Origin: a virus
Lineage: Duplodnaviria > Caudoviricetes
Virus record (IMG/VR): IMGVR_UViG_3300022752_000014
Strand: one strand, 5' to 3'
Length of the DNA stretch: 64,000 nt
Below, piece after piece: positions 9,823 through 19,975 of the stretch. Every line of letters starts with the position of its first letter. Positions within the stretch are counted from its first letter, which is position 1. The position numbers and the translations under genes were made by a program. The notes under the pieces are model-generated. The model ran no database searches and was not told where the DNA came from. It was given only the letters and a program-made list of their open reading frames with translations.

Positions 9823-12627
9823 ATGAACCCAATCAAAATCGGCAAACTCAAAATCGGTATTTTTGAAAGTTTCCTCTTTCTCTTTGTATGTGCTAAACTA
9901 ACTCATACGATTGATTGGGGTTGGTTTTGGGTATTGTCTCCAGGTTGGATTGCCTTTTCTCTTGGTGCTATTGAAGGACTTACTGAATACTTTGAGGAAC
10001 AGAAGAACAAATGACTGACGAACAAATTATTCAAATTGCCCGAGAACATCTTTATGTTCTTACTTCTGTGAATGAGTGGTGTGGAGAGGATAAAGACATC
10101 TTGAAGTTTGCCCGAGAACTTTATACTGAACAAGAAGAACTTCTCAAAAAGTATCAACAAGAAATTGAGAAGTGTTGGAAACTTGCTCAACGACTTGATG
10201 CCCTAAATCCTGAACTTACTGGTGATTTTACTGAAACTCCAAGTGAGAGGATTGAACAACAACTTTGTGCTCTTGGTATTTTGAAATGACTGACGAACAA
10301 ATTGACCAACTTCGGGCACTTATTCAGTGTGAGATTGATTATGCCCTACAAGAAGAGGATGGATATAGGTTCTCATATGAAACCAAAGCATTCAACGATG
10401 GTGCTTGGGAAACTTTCAAGGAGACATTCAAATGATTGATAACTATGGTCCATACCCAGATGCGATGTTCGATGAAGCAGAACGTCGTGAGAAACTGAAT
10501 GCAGGTTTCAAGCAAGATGAGAATGGTAAATGGTATCGTCCTGAACTTAAAGAACTTACACGAAACGAACGTATTGAACTTGCTGAAAAAGAGATTGCTT
10601 ACATTGTGATGGGTGGGCAAGATGGACGAGAGTATGCTAACTCTATTGCTTTTCTTCTTCAAGTATTGGATAGTTTGAGAGATGAGTGAAATAGACATAT
10701 CAAAAGTTCTTATAGAAGGTGATACTGCAACCATTATGGGTGTAGAATACAAAAGAGTGGAGAACAAAATGAGTAGGTTCATTAAAAATCCTGATGAGAT
10801 TGTTCTGGAAGATGTAAAAATGGTTCATTATGAAGTGATGGAACCAGGTAAAGCAGTATGGTTAGGAATTTATCTTAACAATGGGAAAATGTATCACCTA
10901 AACATTGGTGGTGATAATCTTTGGGTAAACTATAGTGATGAAACGCCGTGAGATTTGAAAACCCGACAAAATGGGAAATCTTCCTTGATGGTTTCCGTAA
11001 TGTCCTGTATATTCTTGACTGTTATAATGACGGTGATGAATGGGGATATGGTGAGTTCTGGGAGAGTTTGAGTATCGGTTGGTTTCAGGAATATATCTAT
11101 CCTTATGATGACCCTTATTATCCAACTATCAGTCCAGAGCGCAGATTGCGATTAGCAGAAGAACCAGAAAGGATTATTCTGTCAGCAGAAGCATTTGATG
11201 AACTTGTGCGAAAAATCAATGAACCACAAGATCCTGCTGTGGTGGAAAGAATTAAAGAACTGATGAACCGTAAAGCACCTTGGGATGACAATGATGAGGA
11301 TTAGAGGATTTGTTATTTTCTTTGTGGGACTTGGATTTCTAGCATTTCTTATGAATGGCGCAGCAAACTGGTTGGAAATGCAACCAACACCAGTGGATAA
11401 AAAGTTTGAGGTGGTAGATACCTATAAGGGTTGTGATGTGGTGGAATATTCTCCCACAAATGCTGCAAGATATTATTACTTTTTGGACTGTCGTGGCTCT
11501 AACTGAAAAGGACAAAATATTCTACAACGTCTGGTGCTGTGCTTATCGCCGTAGATATGCTGCGAAACAAACACAAAACTGGGCATTGTATCAACGTGAA
11601 CACCAAACTTTGCTGATGTGCCTTAAAATAGCAAAGTGGACGAAATTTGATACCGACAAACCACGCCATCTAAAATAATGTTTAGCAGACAACTTAAAGG
11701 AACAGCAAAAAAGAAAACCACTATGAATTGGTGGGAATATTGGATCGGTCACTGTTGGATGACAGGATGGCAAACTATTCGTATGTCTTTCTGTAATTGG
11801 AGAGATTTAATGACTGGTAACTATGAAGGTTATGCACTGATGTTCTATGACGATCCTTATGAGGAATGTTATAATACTTTCTGGTGTTATTTGGGTGATG
11901 ATGATGTATTACCTAGAGACTTTCTTGAAGGTTTGATGGAGATGGCAGATCGTATTGAACGTGGTGAAGAGAAACTGATTCCTATTGATGAAAGTTTTTG
12001 GGAAGATTTGGACAAGTGGAGTGAAGAAGATGATGACGAAGTTTGATTATCAGTACGATGAACGTCGTTATGGTTGGGTAGTGGATAGTCGGTATCAGTG
12101 GATTAATATGCTAACCAAAATGCAGCAAAATAATCCACGACGTTTTAAGGAATTTGAATACTCTACTGCCACCATCTATCATCATATAGATAGACTGAAT
12201 CAAGAACAAAACATTTACGATTAGAACAATGGGAATGTTTGACTATCTTCGTTCTTCATATGATTTGGGCGAAGAATTTACAGAAGTAGAACTACACACA
12301 AAAGACATTGAAGAGTATGGTATTGGCGGCACAATGTCCCATTATTGGTTAGATCCTCACGGATATTTGTATTATATTGATTATTGGCACACTGCTGACT
12401 TTGTAGAAATCAAAGAAGGTGATGAGGGTTATAATGATAAAATGAAGTTTCTTAACTTTCAGTGGGTTCCTAATGGTAACAAAGGTAAAGTCTCTCCTTG
12501 GTTGATTACGAAATACGTGGAGGTTTATCCATCAACTTGGGACGGACAGTGGGAAGATTGGCCTCGTTGTAAAATCCACTTCAAGTATGGTAGACTTATG
12601 GACTACGACATCACCACTGGACGATGA
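9823..12627 (+). other. operon of small coupled hypothetical genes (9823, 10011, 10286, ~10432, 10682, 10948, 11285, ~11493, 11678, ~12024, 12229)
   Basis: Continuous + strand ORFs, most joined by ATGA/GTGA overlaps or short gaps. Confidence 0.65.
10948..11304 (+). CDS. hypothetical protein with a DUF1778/TacA-antitoxin-like C-terminus
   Basis: ERIILSAEAFDELVRKINEPQDPAVVERIKELM. Confidence 0.45.
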   Translation: MRFENPTKWEIFLDGFRNVLYILDCYNDGDEWGYGEFWESLSIGWFQEYIYPYDDPYYPTISPERRLRLAEEPERIILSAEAFDELVRKINEPQDPAVVERIKELMNRKAPWDDNDED

Positions 12628-13409
12628 AAGAGTTTGATTACTCTCTTGATTACAAAACTTTAGATTTCACGGATTTTAGTACAAGAAAACTATATAGAAT
12701 TGGCAGAGGAGAGCAGGGAGTTCTCTTGTGTCGCCCATATACCGAAGATATTTGTAAGTATTGGAGGTTCAGAGATGAGGCTACTGCTCGCAAATCTGCT
12801 CTTAAGATATACCAAATGTTCTGTTCGTATCGTAGGAACAACAGTTTGTTTAGTTTGGGAATTTGCAGATAATACAATTGTGTGGTCTCTTCACGCAAGT
12901 AAAAATATGCGAGTAAGTGTAATTGACAATAAATTGAGACTAGTTAAATTTAATCCTAAAGTTAAAAAATTAATAAAAAGTTGATAATTTTGTAAAATTA
13001 TTATCTAATATTGATAATAATCCATTATGATATTTGTGATGACAACTTTTACAAATAACAATACATTTGTCTAATTCTTGAGATAACTTTTCTTCAGTTA
13101 ACCCTTGCATAGTTCTCCCTGATAAGATATATTCCTTTTCGTTTTCGTCTATATGATGAAAATCCATACAACAAGGAGCATCAAATTTTCCACAACAATG
13201 ACATCCTAGTGTATTTTTAATAAAATCAAGTTTTTCTTTTCTATTTTTTCTTGCTTGTTGTTTGTATTTTCTTTGGTACGCTAAATGATCTTCGTAGTTT
13301 TTGAAAGGCATTAAAATTAAGGATATACTACAAATATTTATAACCCTAAATAGCAGCAAAAGACTCAAAGTATGTTATGATGCGTAAAACGTGGAGAGCA
13401 GCAGAATGA
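12624..13409 (+). pseudogene. DUF4385-like gene, disrupted
   Basis: N-terminal part YRIGRGEQGVLLCRPY...WRFRDEATARKSA stops early at 12872. A family-like C-terminal tail AAKDSKYVMMRKTWRAAE* lies at 13353-13409 and keeps an ATGA overlap with the next gene. Confidence 0.65.
12970..13311 (-). mobile_element. HNH (homing) endonuclease gene in antisense orientation
   Basis: CHCCG...MDFHH...KCIVICKSCHHKYH; AT-rich; own TATAAATA on the - strand at 13335-13342. Confidence 0.85.
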
Positions 13410-13717
13410 CTGAACCTTCTTTGTTTCCTTATGAGAACTTTCCAGTTAGATTGGAACAAAAAGCAGAAAATCGTATTTGTTGGTTCAAAGACGACTATGA
13501 CTTGCAAAAACATCTAATCCGTTATAAACTGGATAAGAGAACAATTAAGATTGATTATCGTGATGGAGAACCCGTTTCACCCAGTAAAAGGAACAAGAGA
13601 AGTGTGGAGCAAACACCTAAACCAAAAAGTAACAGAGGTTCAGGTTCAGTTCAAAAACGAAAATCCAGCGTGGATTCCACTGGAAACACTGCTCGCACTA
13701 CAAAGCGTAAAAAATGA
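13406..13717 (+). CDS. hypothetical protein
   Basis: Likely ATG 13406; FPVRLEQKAENRICWF; basic tail. Confidence 0.7.
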   Translation: MTEPSLFPYENFPVRLEQKAENRICWFKDDYDLQKHLIRYKLDKRTIKIDYRDGEPVSPSKRNKRSVEQTPKPKSNRGSGSVQKRKSSVDSTGNTARTTKRKK

Positions 13718-16021
13718 CTGAAGAAACTAAACTTATTCTTGGACTGATGCAGATTGATAATCTTACCAATCTACTCAAAGATAATGAATATGAAAAGTTT
13801 ATGTATAGTCATCTCATTTCAATTCAAGTAGAACTCAAACGACAATTAAATAATTATGGAAAAACAACTGATTGATAATGCTTTCTATGTGGAAGAAAAG
13901 AAATGGGGAACTTGGCAATCTCATTATCCTGATGGTAGTGGACTGATTACATCTCTCACGGAAGAAGAATGTATTCGTGCAAGTCGTTGGTACTTGAAAC
14001 AAAAACAAGAAGGATTTGACAAAGTAGAAACAAAGACTTATGATTCAGTAGTTGGTGGAAAACTATGACGACACGCACTTATACAACTAAATCTGGAAAT
14101 GTTTTTGAGTGGGAAGAGACACCAGAAACTGTAGAAGCAGTTAAGAACCTAACAGAGTTTGCTGGTAATTATCCTGGTCCTCTTTATGCACCACATCCAC
14201 ATTTAAGTAATGAAACTACGACTGACACCAAAACAACAGATGTGGGCTAATATCTTTCGTTGTGCTGTAGAACGTTCTGTGTTGCATCAAGGTACAGATA
14301 GATACGACAGAGAGTTCACAACAATCGTATTGGCACTACAAAAAGGTGAACAGTTCTGGAAAGAATTATTATGAAAAAGTTTATTAAGTGGTTTATATCA
14401 CCATCTAAAAAACCAATCGTAGAAACTGACGACGTTTATTCCAAGTTGATTGAACTTGAAGAACGGATTGTTGCACTTGAACAAGAGAACATCGAAACAT
14501 CTAATTGTTTGTATGAGTTGATGAATGCGATTGATGCTGTGGATGCACGTATAGATATTCTTACATTAGAAAAGTGGAGTGGTCCAGATGTATGATTTGG
14601 ATGATTTTGAAAAAGCCCTTGCTCACTTCGGTACGAGAGTGGACATCATTATTGCTCTTGAAATGGGCAACAAAATTGATGCCGCAGCAGCATATAAAGA
14701 AATTAAAGAAGAACTTAAAGAACTCAAGCGAGCCAAAAAACAATACGGAAAAGATATGTAGTAAATGTGGCGAAACAAAACCCCTTGACGATAAGCATTA
14801 TCAAGTGGTAAAATACTTTCGTCAGGGGTTCTCCTACTACTGCAATGAGTGTTCTAAACCTAAACCCAGAGAAGATTGATTATGGATTACAAAAAGTATT
14901 CTCTTGAAAACCTTGAAAATTGGTTGTACGATGCTCTTTCATGTGGAGAAGCGTCACCACACGAAATCTATTCTGTAATTCGTAAAGTCGTACAAGACCA
15001 GTACAACTATCACAAAGAACAATCACAGAAATGTTCTGGATTGTTGGAATTATTGAGTGGTCATCGTCCAGTCAAACTAGAGTGTGATAAAGATGATCCC
15101 TCTCCCGAATGTCAGAGTGCTTGGAATGATTTTTGGGAACAATCATATCTTTCTGGTGTGACTGATACTCCTGAAGAGGCAGAAGAACTCCGTGTTGAAA
15201 TAGAAAAAATGCGTGGAGAGGGTGGATTTGAGTGGACACCAACAGACGAAGATATAGAACACTCAAAATATTATTATGAGTATAATCGTAATGATCCAAA
15301 TCGAAAAGCACCAATGTATCATCCCGTCTGATGCACACTCTTGAATTATTAAAAGCACTTGCGCCATTTGTTGGTGGATTGTGTCTTGATAACTACATCC
15401 ACAGGCAAGGAGAACTCTGTAATATTAGAGATTATCCCGAATATGTGGTAAAATATGATAGACAAAAACCAGAAGATGCTTGCTATCGTGATGGCATCTT
15501 CTACCCCCGTTGTAAAGACTTGGAGAACCCTGAAGTATGGCACTATCACAATCTGTTGAAGAATCACTGAAAGAAGCAGAACAATCACTACGAAATGCAT
15601 TAGCATATGCAGCACGTCAAGAACGTCCGATGGTGTGTAGTGTAATTGCAGACCTTATCAGTCGTATTGAATCTGTAATGACAACAGATTCTCTGCTGGA
15701 TAAACTTGAAAGTCGTAAACCAGGAGATTCTGGTATGTTTGGATCATTCTTTCAAGATAATAATTAAGAACTGTAAAGCAATCCCGAAGAGATTGTTAAA
15801 TGTCTAGATAATTTATGTGGATATGGTAACATATCAGAGTATTCGGGAGCAAAACTATGACACTTTCATCTGGAAAACAACAAAAATTGACTGATGATGA
15901 ATGGAAAGAAATGACTGCACTGAAAAATGCAATCAATGATCGTCCACAGTCAGTCGTTCCAGAGAAAATGGAAGAGTTTACTGAATATCTGGTACGAAGT
16001 TTAAGAGAAAAGGGCGGTTGA
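13714..16021 (+). other. run of small hypothetical genes (13714-13875, 13856-14068, 14065-14250, 14240-14374, 14371-14595, 14579-14761, zinc-ribbon ORF ending 14879, 14876-15331, 15331-15570, 15537-15767, 15857-16021)
   Basis: Co-oriented, mostly coupled ORFs; several read by hand; CSKC...CNEC in the ORF ending 14879. Confidence 0.65.
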
Positions 16022-16023
16022 AT

Positions 16024-16069
16024 AACTGTCACAAGGGCACTGGACAAGTGCCCTTTTTTCATATATAGT
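16024..16069 (+). promoter_or_regulatory. terminator-like hairpin that also carries a sigma70-like promoter, class A
   Basis: AAGGGCAC/GTGCCCTT stem followed by a T-run; TGGACA 16041-16046, 17 bp, TATAGT 16064-16069; AACTGTCAC box upstream. Confidence 0.7.
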
Positions 16070-16090
16070 GACTTTAGAATATCAAATCCA

Positions 16091-16564
16091 ATGAACATCA
16101 AAGCAGTTCTACTTGCAAGTTTGATTGCAGCACCTATTCCTGCTTTTGCTCAACAGACTAACATCTATTCTGTCTGCACAAACTATCAAGAAAACTATAC
16201 GCCTGGATATTATGATAGTTATGGCAACTATGTTTCTGGTCGCGTAAATACAGAACGCTATAATGTTCAGTGCGGAACTGGTACATATTATCGCCCGAAC
16301 GGTGGCAATGTTTATCAATCTCCTGTCGCAGTTCCTATTCAACAACCACAGTATCGCCAACGCATCTGTAATCCTACTGCTGGTGCAGCATTAGGCGCTG
16401 GACTTGCATCTGCACTGACTGGCAATAGTTACAATTACGGTGGAAGTTATCAGCGAAACTATAATCGCAATAGTTCTTCTGGTAGTTGGAGTAATTATGG
16501 CACAAACAGTAATGGATGGACGCTATTTGGTGCTGGTCTGGGTGCATTGCTTTACAGTTGCTAA
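16091..16564 (+). CDS. exported/membrane protein with glycine-zipper-like helices
   Basis: Signal-like N-terminus (APIPAFA-Q); AGAALGAGLASAL and LFGAGLGALL. Confidence 0.7.
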   Translation: MNIKAVLLASLIAAPIPAFAQQTNIYSVCTNYQENYTPGYYDSYGNYVSGRVNTERYNVQCGTGTYYRPNGGNVYQSPVAVPIQQPQYRQRICNPTAGAALGAGLASALTGNSYNYGGSYQRNYNRNSSSGSWSNYGTNSNGWTLFGAGLGALLYSC

Positions 16565-16592
16565 GGGGGGACGCCCAAAGTGGATCTATAGT
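16563..16592 (+). promoter_or_regulatory. G6 element copy 1 (GGATCT variant)
   Basis: Overlaps the TAA of the upstream gene. Confidence 0.8.
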
Positions 16593-16609
16593 ATAAGCAC
16601 AACTCTCAA

Positions 16610-17023
16610 ATGGCAACTCGCTCACGTATCGGTCTTGAACTTTCTGATGGCAGTATTCTCTCTGCCTATCATCACTGGGATGGTTATCCCGAATGGTTGG
16701 GTCGTATTCTGACCACTCACTACAACACTAAATCTCTTGTCGAAGAACTGATTGACGGCGGAGATATGTCCTGTGCCTGGACAGATGAGCGTTGGGATGA
16801 TACTGGCGTGAAGGGAGTTTATGGTCCTCAATACTACTCCCAGCGTGGTGATGATTGCCCTCCTCGCCTTGATGCTGACCTCTGTGAGTATCTTCTTCCT
16901 GCTAATGGTGAAGAGTATCACTACCTCTTCCGCAATGGTGAATGGGTGTGCTATAATATGAATACTTTTGAGGAAAAACTTCCCGAAGTTGTTGAAATCC
17001 CTAACGGAGCACTTGCAGTATGA
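16610..17023 (+). CDS. cyanophage-type hypothetical protein
   Basis: MATRSRIG...YHHWDGYPEWLG; first gene after copy 1. Confidence 0.75.
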   Translation: MATRSRIGLELSDGSILSAYHHWDGYPEWLGRILTTHYNTKSLVEELIDGGDMSCAWTDERWDDTGVKGVYGPQYYSQRGDDCPPRLDADLCEYLLPANGEEYHYLFRNGEWVCYNMNTFEEKLPEVVEIPNGALAV

Positions 17024-18498
17024 GTAAGAAGTACGTCATCACTTTCGCTCTTGGTTTCATTGCTATGATTGGATGGAATGTATTTTTAATCCAACGCGAT
17101 GATGCAATGTATAAAGCATACTATCGCCAGCAAGCAATAGATAATCTTAAGCATCGCCCAAGTCTTGAGATTCGGTGATATACTTTCTTATCATCTCAGC
17201 AGCATTTGGATGGTTTTTTACTGTCCTATTCTCCAAACACTTTGATTACCTAGACGAAAATGACACCAAAACGCATCAAAGACCTCATCAAAAAAGCAGA
17301 GATGAATAAAGCAGCAGAAGAGTTTTGGAAGGAAATTGAAGCAGAAGCAGCAAAGTATGAGGTTCCTGTTGATTATTATCTTGCGGAATTTTATTGATGA
17401 CTTTTCTGTTTGGAATGGGACTGGGTTCTCTACTCACAATCGGTGCAGCATTTATCTTTGCTGCTGACCGAAATATCCTTGACGAAGGCGACGAAAACTA
17501 TTACAATTAAGGAGTAATTTACACAAAACAATGACACAGAAGTTTCTTTACATCGTTCAGCACTATGTTCCTTTTCCTGCTAGTGAATATGGTGGAGTTT
17601 GGAATGTAATTGCCGAAGATGATGATGAGTGTTTTGATCTCATCTCTGCCGAAGATAATGGTGGTTTCTATGAGAAATACTATAGTGATCTCAAAGAGAA
17701 CATCTTGAACTCGCAAACATTTGCACTTGCTGAAGATGTAGATTCTAGTGTTGTTGAAAGTTTTACTACTTGATGTTAAATGAATTTCCTCACAAATCTC
17801 CAAAAGGTTATTCTTACGAATTTACCGAGTTCAAGCGAAACGTTGTCGCCATTTGGTTACGTCATTCTGCTGTCTATGACTATAATAATGGTAAATCTGT
17901 TCGGACCATTTGGGGGTTCTTCAACACCAAAACCAAAAAATATCATTTACCCGTCAACAGTTCAACAGTTGGTGGTGTAGTAAATATAAAGGATACGCGG
18001 AATTATACCGCGATGCCTATCAAACAAACACCTTTAGAAAGTGCATTTGTATGACCTACGAACCCAAATTCAATGACTATGTGAAGTGGAATAACGGAAA
18101 AGGTGTTGAGGGTTGGGTTTATTTCAAAGATAAAGAGTATATTACAATTGAAGAATTGGTGCGTCCTAAAGATAAGACTAACTATAAAGCGTGTTCAATA
18201 CATCGGAATGACCGATTACTTGTGGTTTGTTACAAAGAACAGTGGTGTGAGTTAGAGTATGTCAAAACCAGAGAATCGGTGTATGAAGAAGAAAAAGAGC
18301 AAAACACTTTGGCGCTGGTGGGCGAAAGCACTTGGGGAGAAGGCAACGAAAAATGACAGAGAAGCAGACTACATTGCTGGTGTACGGACTTTTATATTCT
18401 TCACTTATCTCATTACTAATCTTTTTATTTGTGCGGGGGTCATAAGGCACTGGAATGATGTCCCAACAATAAATAATGAAAAAGTGTTGGTAAAATGA
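17020..18498 (+). other. small hypothetical genes (17020-17178, several micro-ORFs to ~17510, 17531-17773, 17770-18054, ~18051-18356, ORF ending 18498)
   Basis: Co-oriented, mostly coupled ORFs. Confidence 0.6.
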
Positions 18499-18686
18499 AG
18501 ACGTTTCAGCAATTTATGGAACAAGTTCCTGCAATGGAACCTAACTTTTATAGTCAGCAAGTTGCAAGACGCCAAGCAACACAAAAGACTGCACATATTA
18601 AGCACGTTCATTCCGAATTAGGTGCTGAAGCAAGAGCACAACAAGCAGCGAAACGTGCTAATATGAGAGCAATTCTGTCCCGTTGA
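18495..18686 (+). CDS. putative internal head protein with a T4 IP-like N-terminus
   Basis: MKTFQQFMEQ; ATAAATA at 18469-18475. Confidence 0.6.
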   Translation: MKTFQQFMEQVPAMEPNFYSQQVARRQATQKTAHIKHVHSELGAEARAQQAAKRANMRAILSR

Positions 18687-18690
18687 TTCA

Positions 18691-18720
18691 AAGGGGGGAC
18701 GCCCAAAGTGGACCTATAGT
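18691..18720 (+). promoter_or_regulatory. G6 element copy 2
   Basis: Exact consensus, 4 bp after the TGA. Confidence 0.8.
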
Positions 18721-18738
18721 GTAAGCAACAAACGAATT

Positions 18739-18876
18739 ATGGATTCCTTTGATGATCTGCAAATTGAAGAGTTTTCTTCTTTTGACTTTGTTGAAGAGAT
18801 GAATGAACCTCTCTTTGAAGAAGAGGATAATGACAAATCCTTCAACGCTTTCCTTAACTCTAACTTTGATTTTTGA
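18739..18876 (+). CDS. very acidic, Phe-rich microprotein (45 aa)
   Basis: Read by hand: MDSFDDLQIEEFSSFDFVEEMNEPLFEEEDNDKSFNAFLNSNFDF. Confidence 0.6.
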   Translation: MDSFDDLQIEEFSSFDFVEEMNEPLFEEEDNDKSFNAFLNSNFDF

Positions 18877-18881
18877 TTAGA

Positions 18882-19082
18882 ATGTCTGAAACTATTGCCA
18901 ACGTTCTGCCTCACCTGAAAGAACTTCAACAAGATTGGCGGCGACAAGATTTTGTATTCACAAAGGATCAACAACAACAATACGATCTGTTGATTGCAAC
19001 TCGCCGCGAACGTGTGCGCCAACTGTATGAAGAAGGTCGCGTCTTCAAAGGTTCATATAAAGCAAAGGAAGAGGAGTTCTAA
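18882..19082 (+). CDS. hypothetical protein
   Basis: ATG 18882 inside the ORF-track 18873 ORF. Confidence 0.65.
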   Translation: MSETIANVLPHLKELQQDWRRQDFVFTKDQQQQYDLLIATRRERVRQLYEEGRVFKGSYKAKEEEF

Positions 19083-19108
19083 ATACTAAAAAGAGTGTTT
19101 AGATAACG

Positions 19109-19708
19109 ATGAAGACGTTTCAGGAGTTTATGTCTCTTTGTGAAGATGTTCAGACGGGAGAAGACAAATCCAAAGCACTTGGATTTGCTGCAACCATCAA
19201 AACTGCACAAAAAGGTGGAAGAATCCGCCCTGAACGTAAAAAGACAACTCCTGAAATACGTCGCGTAAAAGCAGTTGGTGGTGGAAAGACCGAACCAGTT
19301 GAGTATAAACCAAGAAAAGACATTGGAACTGAACGTAAAGCAGAAACAAGAGTCCAGCAACCAGAACAAGAACGTGGAAGTGCAAGAGAAGCACAATTAG
19401 CAGCAGCAAAAGAAGAAAGAAGGAAAGCAGCACAAGCAAGAATTGCTGCAAAGAAAGCAGGTGCAAAACCTGAAGCAGCAAAACCAAAAGCAAAAGAAGC
19501 AGAAAAGGCAGCAACAAAATTACTGTCTAAAAAGAAACCAGAAACAAAACCAGCAGCAGGATACAAACCACCCAAAGCATCGGGACTTTCTACAAAAGAA
19601 AGAAAAGCACTCCTCAAGAAAGGTGAAAGAACTTTGCGTGATATTGTTCTCTCATCAACAGGTAAAAAGTCCGAAAAGGAACTTAAGCACAAATATACCT
19701 CCAAGTAA
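19109..19708 (+). CDS. Lys/Ala-rich putative internal head / DNA-binding protein
   Basis: MKTFQEFMSLCE N-terminus; histone-like K/A/P tract; CTAAATA at 19079-19085. Confidence 0.65.
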   Translation: MKTFQEFMSLCEDVQTGEDKSKALGFAATIKTAQKGGRIRPERKKTTPEIRRVKAVGGGKTEPVEYKPRKDIGTERKAETRVQQPEQERGSAREAQLAAAKEERRKAAQARIAAKKAGAKPEAAKPKAKEAEKAATKLLSKKKPETKPAAGYKPPKASGLSTKERKALLKKGERTLRDIVLSSTGKKSEKELKHKYTSK

Positions 19709-19710
19709 TT

Positions 19711-19740
19711 AAGGGGGGACGCGCAAAGTGGACCTATAAT
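19711..19740 (+). promoter_or_regulatory. G6 element copy 3 (GCGC, TATAAT variant)
   Basis: 2 bp after the TAA. Confidence 0.8.
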
Positions 19741-19780
19741 AGATACGCCACTAGACCCTTCTAGAATCGCCTACAACATC

Positions 19781-19975
19781 ATGGAAACAGTGACTATAGG
19801 GGTTGATACCCTGAAACGTATAATTCGTGACCTTGAGAGTGCAGTGAGTGTGTGTCACAATGTTGATTCATCTCAAGGTGCAGATTCCGAAAAAACGTAT
19901 CCTTATGCGACAGGATACTCGCGTGCTGCGATGACCTCTGCTATAATGGATCTTAACAACCTGATTGCCAAGTGA
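19781..19975 (+). CDS. hypothetical protein
   Basis: First ORF after copy 3; GTGA overlap with the helicase. Confidence 0.65.
   Translation: METVTIGVDTLKRIIRDLESAVSVCHNVDSSQGADSEKTYPYATGYSRAAMTSAIMDLNNLIAK

Noticed and set aside
12835-13352. Group I intron carrying the HNH gene
   Set aside because: The ORF is antisense, no P/Q/R/S core is recognisable, and joining the flanks would not restore the apparently missing middle of the host gene.
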